A stretch of 48,493 nt of DNA from Klebsiella phage vB_Kp3, in sequence record KT367887.1; one strand, written 5' to 3'. Shown piece after piece: positions 7,648-15,607 of the stretch. Both the position numbers and the translations under genes were made by a program. The notes under the pieces were generated by a model. The model had not been told where the DNA came from and ran no database searches. It saw nothing but the letters and a program-made list of their open reading frames with translations. Each line of letters begins with the position of its first letter. Position 1 is the stretch's first letter.

Positions 7648-7965
7648 TTATGAGATATATTCGACGGTTTCAGGAATGATCGCCGCATATTTGCAGCGTT
7701 TTAGCGCTGGTATGTACCAGAAAGAAAACATCCGCTCTTCGCCGGAGCTGTCGTCAATGTCAACGTGACACAAAGACGCCTCATAGACGATCCCGCTGGC
7801 TGCGGTGACGCGAACTCTTGGGTAGACGATCCCCTTCCATGCGCCATCAATGCCCTTCATGAATTCGTTGGCGGCTTCGTCTGCGCGAATGAACGACGGT
7901 TGGTCGTGGTAAGGGAAGAAAGCGACCTCAGCGCCATTAACGACGACGGTGACGCATTTACTCAT
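7648..7965 (-). CDS. Hypothetical protein (105 aa)
   Basis: ORF. Confidence 0.45.
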   Translation of the reverse strand: MSKCVTVVVNGAEVAFFPYHDQPSFIRADEAANEFMKGIDGAWKGIVYPRVRVTAASGIVYEASLCHVDIDDSSGEERMFSFWYIPALKRCKYAAIIPETVEYIS

Positions 7966-8004
7966 AGGCTCCTCCGGTTGTGGCCCCCGAAGGGGCCGGT
8001 TGGG

Positions 8005-8241
8005 TTAGAACGCAGCGTCCTGGGCGCGGATTGCGTAGTCATAGTTGGTCAGACCGATGGATCGCGCGTTGAGGGTATCGTGGAGGATAACCAGCGAGCC
8101 ATCTTTGAACGTGATCTCACAGTGGTGAATAGATACTTTCGACACTTCTGGCAGGGTAGCGTTGAGGATGACTTCCAACGCGGCTACTGCGGTCATGTTC
8201 ATTTTGCTGAATTTTGCGGCTACGGTCTGTGCAGTTGTCAT
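8005..8241 (-). CDS. Hypothetical protein (78 aa)
   Basis: ORF. Confidence 0.4.
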   Translation of the reverse strand: MTTAQTVAAKFSKMNMTAVAALEVILNATLPEVSKVSIHHCEITFKDGSLVILHDTLNARSIGLTNYDYAIRAQDAAF

Positions 8242-8311
8242 TTCGTTTTCCTCATTTCGTTGGGTGTATAAACACTATATACACCCATACGCATATGGTC
8301 AACAATATTTA

Positions 8312-8971
8312 TCAGAAAGGCAGCTCACTATCGATCCCCGTCACCCGCGGGCGGGCCATCATCTCAAGGTATTCCTTTTGGGCCTGCTCCTGCGCCAGTT
8401 TTGCGAGACGGCGAACGCTAACCATCATCTTGACGATGAAGCGGGCCGGGTAACGGTCGAGGGCAAGCAGATCCTGGCGAACGCGGTCAACGGCACGCTG
8501 CACGCCGATGTGCATCAGGTAGCCGTTGTGAGAGTAGTGGCGGGAACACTGAACGGCGCGGTCAACGATGGCGTTTACTTCCAGCGCTTCGGCGTGTGCT
8601 TCCTGGCGGGCTGCATAGGCGCGCTGGCCTTCAACGGCGTCCAGCAGTTTAGCCAGCAGCGCTTTCACGTCGCACAGGCTGGCGTTAGCTTTCCACTCTG
8701 CCTGGTTCCAGTCGTCGAGGTTGGCGGAGATGTAACCTTCTACAGCCTGCTGCATATCGTCGTACATCGTATCGTCAAGGGTGTCGACGTTTTCGCAGAT
8801 CAGCGCGTTCGCTGCGGAGTCGATGATCAGGCAGGCCAGCAGGTCGGCGTTCTTGAACTGGCCGCGGGCTTGCTCGTTGGTCATCCAGCTTGCCGGATTG
8901 CCGATGGTCAGATCCAGCGCGGCGAGAATTTCGTTAGCGGCGGTAAGATATTTGATAGCTGACTTAGACAT
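8312..8971 (-). CDS. Hypothetical protein (219 aa)
   Basis: ORF. Confidence 0.5.
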   Translation of the reverse strand: MSKSAIKYLTAANEILAALDLTIGNPASWMTNEQARGQFKNADLLACLIIDSAANALICENVDTLDDTMYDDMQQAVEGYISANLDDWNQAEWKANASLCDVKALLAKLLDAVEGQRAYAARQEAHAEALEVNAIVDRAVQCSRHYSHNGYLMHIGVQRAVDRVRQDLLALDRYPARFIVKMMVSVRRLAKLAQEQAQKEYLEMMARPRVTGIDSELPF

Positions 8972-9057
8972 TTTGCGACCCCTTGTGATTTATCGGTTAG
9001 TTACTGCCTGTTCGATAAATATATTATAGGGGCCGCATCATGTCAATAGTGCTTACA

Positions 9058-9270
9058 CTACTCCTTAATGAATTCTTTGAAATCTGCGGACGATGTCTCG
9101 CGCCAGGTCATCAGTCTGCCGTTGATGATCGCGTGACGCTCGCAGTTGTAATCGTCCCTGAATTTCAGAATGGTCATGGTGTTCAGGCCGGTCTTGGTGG
9201 TCAGCTTGCGCATGCTGCCCGCTTTAGCGAGAAGCGCGGGGATGCTTGTAACGTGGCAAATCAGGCTCAT
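9058..9270 (-). CDS. Putative Cro/YdaS-like HTH DNA-binding protein (70 aa)
   Basis: IPALLAKAGSMRKLTTKTGLNTMTI resembles Cro-type HTH. Confidence 0.35.
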   Translation of the reverse strand: MSLICHVTSIPALLAKAGSMRKLTTKTGLNTMTILKFRDDYNCERHAIINGRLMTWRETSSADFKEFIKE

Positions 9271-9280
9271 GTTGTTTTCC

Positions 9281-10942
9281 TCAGTGGTTATCACGGCAGC
9301 TACCCATCAGCGGGGGAACGGCATCTTTGATCGTGTAGTAAGGGTTACGGGCTTCGTGTGGGTTAGACTCTTTGCTCAGGTGTCCCAGCTCAGCCATTTT
9401 GTAAATTGCGTCGCGCACTGACTCCCGGGAATACGGCGAGCCGTCAGCCTTGAACACCGTGGAGCTGATACGGTGCAGGATCTCCTTGTATGGCGCGGTT
9501 CCGTGCGGCTCCGCCCTCAGCAGCGAATACACGGCCTCCTGCAATGGCGTGTACACGTGCGCCTGGCGCTTCTCCTCCGGTTCAAAGTGCTCCTCATCCG
9601 TTCCGGCGTCCATATCGTAAACGCGGTCTTCGAACAGCCAGACCTTCGTCGCGTCGTCGATGTAGATGAAGTCTGGCCGATCGACCTCCTGCCCTGGGGC
9701 AAGTTTCTTCTCATACGTGCTTTTCTTCTTCGCCTCAACGTCCTTCGCGAACACCGGCACCTGAAAGCCTTTGAGCTTAAAGCGCCCCTTCAAACCACCC
9801 TGGCGGCTCTTGCCGACGTTCAGGACAGTGTAGCCTGTCTCCTTCTGGCGGGCGTTCAATCCCTTGCCGGTCTGTGTCTTCTCGCGCACCAGGCTGAACG
9901 TTTTATACACCGCGCCCTTCGCTGCCGAGCCGCCACGAGACTCAAGATCATACTGGCCGGACATCAGGCTTCCCTTGCTGACATGCGGGATGAAGATCCC
10001 GGCGCAGTTGAGGGACTCAGCGAACCGGTGCCCGGCAGTGGTGATCAGCTGCTGGTCGGTGTTGCTATTTTCGTCCATGCTCACGCCGTTATTGTTGGCC
10101 GCCGCCAGGTGGAACATTTTGCTGTCGAAGATGACCAGATTCACCGGCCTGCCGTTGGCGAACTGCAACACGCGACTCTTCTGGATGCGCAACTTTCCTG
10201 GCTCCATCAGGTCGGCCGGGCGCTTGAACACCTTGATCCAGTCACGGAGATTGACGCCGGTGCGCAGCGACCAGGCGGCCACCTGCAACTCAACGCTGTC
10301 CGGGTCTTCGGTGAAGAACACGCTGACGCCCGGGTTACACACGCGGAAGCAGTTGAACAGCGGGCGACCCATGGCGAGGCTGACCGCCATTTGCACCAGC
10401 AGCGTCGTTTTCCCTGCGCCTGCATCACCGTTGATCTCGTTGATGGTGCGACGGTTCAGCAGGCCTTCGATCACCGGGTCATAGAAGTCCGGCGAGGTGT
10501 TCAGCACGTATTCGCCCGGGTCGTAATCTTTCAGCGCTGGATCTTCGACAAGTCCCTGCTCAACCTCTTCGGCGAGACGCTTTGCCACCTCAACGCGCTG
10601 GGCGGATAAGTCCATCCCGAGATTCTGCTTTTCATTCTCCTCGCGAACGATGCGTTGCAGCTCAAGGTGGCGCTGACCGGCGTCTTTCTTCTTCGGCTTA
10701 GGTGGTTCAGGTGGAACAGGTGGCGCTACTTCTTCCGCCTGTTCACGCTCCTCCACCTCAGCACGTGCTACCTGGTCGAAGTAAGCCTGCATGTCGGCCA
10801 TTTCCTGCGAATAGGCTTCGTCCTCTTCCTCGCGGGTCATTGGCTGGTTGAGGATGTCCGCCGCTTCGTGCTGTTTCTCCTGATCGCCCAGTAACGCCTT
10901 CCAGTCGTCGGGCGTCATCGGCCTTTTGTTCTCTTCGTTCAT
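9281..10942 (-). CDS. Replication protein with RecA-fold P-loop ATPase (AAA_25/DnaB-RepA-like) and acidic N-terminus
   Basis: Walker A GDAGAGKTTL; SD AGGAGG 5 nt before ATG 10942. Confidence 0.7.
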   Translation of the reverse strand: MNEENKRPMTPDDWKALLGDQEKQHEAADILNQPMTREEEDEAYSQEMADMQAYFDQVARAEVEEREQAEEVAPPVPPEPPKPKKKDAGQRHLELQRIVREENEKQNLGMDLSAQRVEVAKRLAEEVEQGLVEDPALKDYDPGEYVLNTSPDFYDPVIEGLLNRRTINEINGDAGAGKTTLLVQMAVSLAMGRPLFNCFRVCNPGVSVFFTEDPDSVELQVAAWSLRTGVNLRDWIKVFKRPADLMEPGKLRIQKSRVLQFANGRPVNLVIFDSKMFHLAAANNNGVSMDENSNTDQQLITTAGHRFAESLNCAGIFIPHVSKGSLMSGQYDLESRGGSAAKGAVYKTFSLVREKTQTGKGLNARQKETGYTVLNVGKSRQGGLKGRFKLKGFQVPVFAKDVEAKKKSTYEKKLAPGQEVDRPDFIYIDDATKVWLFEDRVYDMDAGTDEEHFEPEEKRQAHVYTPLQEAVYSLLRAEPHGTAPYKEILHRISSTVFKADGSPYSRESVRDAIYKMAELGHLSKESNPHEARNPYYTIKDAVPPLMGSCRDNH

Positions 10943-10967
10943 CGTTTCCTCCTGCTTTGGTTCGGAC

Positions 10968-10996
10968 ATTATTCACGGCAGGTAATACCGTGTCAA
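10968..10996 (-). promoter_or_regulatory. Sigma70 promoter (leftward) for replication gene: -35 TTGACA (10991-10996), 17-nt spacer, -10 AATAAT (10968-10973); inverted half-sites CACGG/CCGTG in spacer
   Basis: Hexamers on minus strand; shares TTGACACGG-ATTA with the 6776 promoter. Confidence 0.5.
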
Positions 10997-11290
10997 TATC
11001 AATTACTTTCCGCCTGAAAAACAGGCTAAAACCTGTAAACCAATACTATTTATAGACTGTAAATACCCGCTATTGGGATTTTCATCACGCCGTTAGTTTT
11101 CAATGGCTTACAGAGTACGTTTTTTGAGCAGCTGTAAACCAAAGCGATTCAAGCGGAGCCACTCACCACCTCAACGCCACCTGAACATCAGGCGGACTTC
11201 GCAAGTTATTGATAACAAAGGACTACCTGAAATTTTCAGGAGGAAAAGGGTCATACTACCGAACTTTTAAGTGTCTGATATTGAAGGGTT

Positions 11291-11312
11291 AATTTCAGGT
11301 GTTAGGTGGTAT
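11291..11312 (+). promoter_or_regulatory. 22-bp element AATTTCAGGTGTTAGGTGGTAT (copy A); 21 nt downstream lies -10 TATAAT (11334-11339), then an imperfect hairpin with T-run (11369-11417) before terS
   Basis: Identical 22-mer found inverted at 28411-28432. Confidence 0.55.
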
Positions 11313-11471
11313 CCCTATTATATATAAAACCCATATAATTACAGAAACACGTACACCCTTACGCACATGGGGGAAGAAAAAAGCGCTACGCAGTGGCTGC
11401 GCGTTTTTATTCTCCCCACCATGCCGTATAGGGGTAAACTGGGGCAGAGCCACTTGAAAGAGGAAACCAAC

Positions 11472-11969
11472 ATGACTGACAAGGTGAAGGTGACGACACC
11501 GCGGAACCCAGTCGGCAGACCAACCAGCTACACCGAGGACATGCCGGAAAAACTCCTTGAATATTTCCGTGTCGACGTTGATGACTATATCCAGCACTCA
11601 CACACGACAGCCGGGAAGAGCAACATTCGCATTAACCCAAAGCACATGCCGTCTATTCTCAACTTCTGCGAGAGCATCGGCATCACGACGACGACTTTTC
11701 ACGACTGGCGTTCGAAGCATAAGCAATTTGCTGTCGCTTACACGCAGGCGCGCGAGCTTTACGAGCAGATGATTCTGAATATTGGCTTCGCCACGAACAG
11801 CACTTTCGCGACCTTCATGCTGAAAGCGAACTTCGGCTACCGCGACAACACTGAGATCGTCGTGACCGGTGACGCCAATAAGCCGGTGCGGTTGAAGATC
11901 GTCAGCGAGCGGCCGAAGGATGAGAAGCCGCGCGAGGAGTCCGAGGCCGTCGACTGGGGTGACGACTAA
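11472..11969 (+). CDS. Terminase small subunit
   Basis: N-terminal PRNPVGRPTSYTEDMPEKLLEYF HTH motif and TFHDWRSKHKQFAVAYTQARE pattern typical of TerS; SD GAGGAAA. Confidence 0.75.
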   Translation: MTDKVKVTTPRNPVGRPTSYTEDMPEKLLEYFRVDVDDYIQHSHTTAGKSNIRINPKHMPSILNFCESIGITTTTFHDWRSKHKQFAVAYTQARELYEQMILNIGFATNSTFATFMLKANFGYRDNTEIVVTGDANKPVRLKIVSERPKDEKPREESEAVDWGDD

Positions 11970-11977
11970 ATACTGCT

Positions 11978-12007
11978 TGACATATATATGACTGCGCAGG
12001 AATATAG
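11978..12007 (+). promoter_or_regulatory. Candidate sigma70 promoter (TTGACA 11978-11983; weak -10 GAATAT/AATATA) followed by GC hairpin 11997-12025
   Basis: Perfect -35 hexamer between terS and next gene. Confidence 0.3.
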
Positions 12008-12046
12008 GGGCCGGGCAATCCTGCCCCTACTGCACAGGACATCAAA

Positions 12047-13645
12047 ATGACTGAATCACTGAAATTCACCTCCCCGGCACCGGCACCAGTTAGCGGCGTT
12101 CTCGCTTGCGCTTCCCGCGAGGTAGGCGCAGAAAACAATCTCAAGCTGGCGCGCGCCATCGTCGTCGAGGTCGCAGACCGTGGTGCTGAGCAGCACGTGA
12201 AAATCAAGGTTGGCACCCTGCTTGCCCTGGCGCTGGGCCTTGAGGGCGTCATGAAGGTTATGGCGTCGCTTGAGGCTGATCGCGACAGCAAGATCAAGGC
12301 GCTCAGCGAGTGGGAGGTGTTCGGCGTCGAAATGCTTGAGCAGAAGTTCAAGTGCCTGCCGGTGGTCAACATGAAGCCGGAAGAGAAGCGTAAGCGCATT
12401 GCCGCTGGCATAGAAACGATCGTGCAGCGCCTGGATGAGCGCTCAGAAGATCTTTCTGTAGCAGCTGGCAACCTGAACGACTGGCGCACGCACACCCGGC
12501 ACGTCCTGGATACCTACTTCGCCACCTACCCTACCAGCAACGCCAACGACCGCAATCTTCGCCTAATCATGACGGCGGCGATCGAAAGCGCACACAACAA
12601 AAACAAGCAGCTGAACAAGGACTATGACGCCATGCGCAACAGCGCCGACGCATCAGACCAGCTTCGGAAGGCCGCAGAGCGTGAGCGGGACGACGTGATC
12701 AACCTCAACCGCAACGCAGCGGAAGAGATCACCCACTTGCAAGAACGCGCCAAACACCTCGATCAAACCATCGTCGACCTGGTGCGCCAGCGCGACAAGA
12801 ACGGGCAGCAGGCTAACCAGCTGGCTAACGAACTGGTCGAGAAACGCAAGGAGATCAGCAAGCTGTTAGAAATCATTGACCGCCTGCACACAGAGATCGC
12901 AGAGAAGCGCGACATCATCGGCGCAGCAACGCAACGCTGCACTGCGCTCACCAATGACGCGAAGGCGATGAGCAAGAATAACAGCGAACTCGCAGCACGC
13001 CTGGCTAACGCTGGTCTGGAGATCGCCAACTATAAGCAGCTCGTGGAAGACCTGAAAGCAGGCACCGCCGTTGACCGTGACACCGTGAAGCGCCAGGCGG
13101 ACACCATTGATCGCCTGTATGGTCAGCTCAATGAGTGGCACGACTGGGCTACAGACGTCATTTGCAGCCCGTCATCACTGGGCGGGGAATCGCAGCGGAC
13201 TGCCATCACCGCAGCTATGCGCAAGCGCAAGGATCGCATTGAGTCACTGGAGCAGATCGTGAAGGATGTCGTTGCACAGCGTGACGCGTGGGTTATTTGG
13301 GCGCGCGGGTACACCAACGCACCGGCAGGCATTCACAGCACTGAACAACTTCTTTCGATGGTGAAGGCAAAGGTGAAGGCGACCGCAGAGGGCATCGACG
13401 GGCCAGCGGAGCACACCATGTGCGGCACACTGAAAGTCACCCAGCTGAAAGGGGATGTCGTTGCCAGCAATGGAAGCTGGGCCATGCTCAAACATGGCAA
13501 CGCGGTGATCGCCGGAAACATTCCCGCCAGCAAGCTGACCCTGGGCGAGGAGATGAAAGAGGCCATTCGCGAAGTCGTCCGGGAGGAGATGAGCAGCGCG
13601 TTAAAGCAAGCCATCAAGAACGAACTTGATAAGCTGACCATGTAA
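12047..13645 (+). CDS. Large coiled-coil protein of unknown function (532 aa) inserted between terS and terL
   Basis: About 200 aa continuous heptad-like helical region (QLNKDYDAMRNS...LYGQLNEWHDW); no recognizable enzymatic motif. Confidence 0.7.
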   Translation: MTESLKFTSPAPAPVSGVLACASREVGAENNLKLARAIVVEVADRGAEQHVKIKVGTLLALALGLEGVMKVMASLEADRDSKIKALSEWEVFGVEMLEQKFKCLPVVNMKPEEKRKRIAAGIETIVQRLDERSEDLSVAAGNLNDWRTHTRHVLDTYFATYPTSNANDRNLRLIMTAAIESAHNKNKQLNKDYDAMRNSADASDQLRKAAERERDDVINLNRNAAEEITHLQERAKHLDQTIVDLVRQRDKNGQQANQLANELVEKRKEISKLLEIIDRLHTEIAEKRDIIGAATQRCTALTNDAKAMSKNNSELAARLANAGLEIANYKQLVEDLKAGTAVDRDTVKRQADTIDRLYGQLNEWHDWATDVICSPSSLGGESQRTAITAAMRKRKDRIESLEQIVKDVVAQRDAWVIWARGYTNAPAGIHSTEQLLSMVKAKVKATAEGIDGPAEHTMCGTLKVTQLKGDVVASNGSWAMLKHGNAVIAGNIPASKLTLGEEMKEAIREVVREEMSSALKQAIKNELDKLTM

Positions 13646-13698
13646 CCCATCAAAATCATTAACCAGCGGCCCACGGCGGGCCGCAATGAGGTGAATCA

Positions 13699-13911
13699 AT
13701 GCAGACCTTCTACCCAGTCTTTAGCGCCATTCTGTGCATGTTTTGCTTTCTCTGCTGCAAAGGGTGGGCGACGGCCCTGGATATCGGAGCCGGGAACGAC
13801 AAGCGCATGATCAGGATGGCTCGCACCTTCGACATCGCTGGCGACGTGTTCCGCTGGGCGTGCTGGCTGTTCATCGTCGCAGGCTTCCTTCGCACCCTCG
13901 GATTGTTCTGA
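13699..13911 (+). CDS. Small membrane protein (70 aa, 2 TM, Cys-rich)
   Basis: SD TGAGGTGA; hydrophobic N- and C-terminal segments. Confidence 0.5.
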   Translation: MQTFYPVFSAILCMFCFLCCKGWATALDIGAGNDKRMIRMARTFDIAGDVFRWACWLFIVAGFLRTLGLF

Positions 13912-13995
13912 TTGCTTACACTTTGTACCATTTGCCCGGTTGATCACCGAAGTGACTGACTGATAGGCTTTAATGAGACTCGCAGCGAGGTGGAA

Positions 13996-14199
13996 ATGAT
14001 GGGGATCGTAATGGGTGTGTGGTTGGCGCTGGTGACAGCTATCGCGATGATCGCAATTCACATGGCCGCAATGGACAGGGAGCGGCTCAAGGTCAACCCG
14101 GTCAGCCAGATCACCAAGCTGGTGCTCGCGGTATTCCTCCTGGTCGGCGTAGCGCACATCGCCACCAGGTACACAGCTTTCCTCCGCGTGCTATCCTGA
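13996..14199 (+). CDS. Small membrane protein (67 aa, 2 TM)
   Basis: SD GAGGTGG; MMGIVMGVWLALVTAIAMIAI...LVLAVFLLVGVAHI. Confidence 0.5.
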   Translation: MMGIVMGVWLALVTAIAMIAIHMAAMDRERLKVNPVSQITKLVLAVFLLVGVAHIATRYTAFLRVLS

Positions 14200-14218
14200 C
14201 CTGACAACTGCTATCATG

Positions 14219-14245
14219 GCCCCGTTAACAAAACGGGGCTTTTTT
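14219..14245 (+). terminator. Rho-independent terminator (GCCCCGTT/AACGGGGC, 6 Ts) preceded by GCTATCATGG motif; T-run abuts terL ATG
   Basis: Near-identical to terminator at 2902-2935. Confidence 0.7.
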
Positions 14246-15607
14246 ATGTCTATCCAATCTGACGCCAGTCAATTCATTGACCTGACACTCACACCACCGC
14301 AGAACGACTTTCTGCAACTGTCGTGCAAACACCCGGCCTTCGTGGCTGGCTTCGGTACAGGCAAGAGTCAGACCATGGCCGTGTCGTCCGTGCTTGACGC
14401 CTCAGAGGGTGGCGCAGATGCCACGATCGCCATCCTTGAGCCAACGTTCGACCTGTGCAAGCTGATCGCCGTGCCGCGTATCGAACAGATCCTCTCTGAG
14501 CTGGGCATTCGCTTTAAGACCGTCGGCAACAAGGAGATCTACACCTCCCACGGCGGGATCGGCGACTTCCTCTTTCGCTCCATGGACAACCCGGCTCGCC
14601 TGGTCGGCTGGGAGGCGTTCCGCATCCACTGCGATGAGATCGACACCCTCAAGAAAGAGGCGGCCAAAGGGGTATGGCGCGCAGCAATCGCCCGCTGCCG
14701 TCAGTCACCGAAGGAGTATGAGCCGTTCGACTTCCTTCCGTCCGACCGCCCGCTGAACAGGGTTAGCGCCTACTGCACGCCCGAGGGGTTCAACTTCCTG
14801 TATGGCCGCTGGGCGAAGGACAAGGAGCGCAGCCGAAAGGCCGGTTATCTCATGATCCAGGCCGCCACCTCATCCAACCCATTCCTGCCTGCCGACTACC
14901 TGGACGCCCTGCGCGCCAGCTACGACCCGCAGCGCTTCGAAGCCTACGCGAAGGGACAATTCGTCAACCTGAAATCGGGCACGGTCTATAAGAACTTTAA
15001 GCGCGAGCTGAATGACACCGACGTGGAGATCATCCCGGGCGAGACGCTGATCGTCGGCCAGGACTTCAACGTTAACAAGATGGCGACCGTCGTCTACGTC
15101 GAGCGCTATGGCGAGGACGGGCTTGCCGAACTGCATGCAGTGGATGAGCGACACAACGGCATCGACACACCGGACGTCATCCGCTGGCTGGTCGAGAAGT
15201 ACCAGAATGCGGGAAATGGCTACATCCACCCGATCGAGGTCTACCCGGATGCGTCAGGCGGCAACACCAGCAGCAAGAACGCCAGCATGTCAGACCTGTC
15301 GATGCTCATGAGCGCAGGGTTCGACGTCTACTGTGGGCAGGCCAACCCTGCCGTGAAGGACAGGGTGATCAGTGCGAACACCCTGTTCTGTAACGCCAGC
15401 GGCCGCCGTCGGCTATTCGTGAGCAGCAAGCGGTGCCCGCAATTCGTCGAATGTCTGGAGCAGCAGATCTACGATGACAAGGGTAAGCCTGACAAGGAGG
15501 CCGGGAAGGATCACATGAACGACGCAGGCACCTACCCGGTGGTCTATAAGTTCCCTGTCGTGCATAATGGCACGATCTCAGCAAATAATATTGAATGGGT
15601 ACGATGA
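14246..15607 (+). CDS. Terminase large subunit
   Basis: Walker A AFVAGFGTGKSQ, Walker B IHCDEID, C-terminal nuclease-like region; start could alternatively be ATG 14216 inside the terminator stem. Confidence 0.82.
   Translation: MSIQSDASQFIDLTLTPPQNDFLQLSCKHPAFVAGFGTGKSQTMAVSSVLDASEGGADATIAILEPTFDLCKLIAVPRIEQILSELGIRFKTVGNKEIYTSHGGIGDFLFRSMDNPARLVGWEAFRIHCDEIDTLKKEAAKGVWRAAIARCRQSPKEYEPFDFLPSDRPLNRVSAYCTPEGFNFLYGRWAKDKERSRKAGYLMIQAATSSNPFLPADYLDALRASYDPQRFEAYAKGQFVNLKSGTVYKNFKRELNDTDVEIIPGETLIVGQDFNVNKMATVVYVERYGEDGLAELHAVDERHNGIDTPDVIRWLVEKYQNAGNGYIHPIEVYPDASGGNTSSKNASMSDLSMLMSAGFDVYCGQANPAVKDRVISANTLFCNASGRRRLFVSSKRCPQFVECLEQQIYDDKGKPDKEAGKDHMNDAGTYPVVYKFPVVHNGTISANNIEWVR

Noticed and set aside
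9020-9052. TTGACA ... TATAAT on minus strand upstream of gene 8312-8971
   Set aside because: Hexamers are separated by only 12 bp, incompatible with a sigma70 promoter; kept only as possible degenerate site.
12047-13645. Interpreting the 532-aa coiled-coil protein as a prohead protease or scaffold
   Set aside because: A separate scaffold candidate exists in the canonical position (18325-19026), the protein has no Ser/His protease motifs, and it carries its own promoter and terminator, fitting a moron better.
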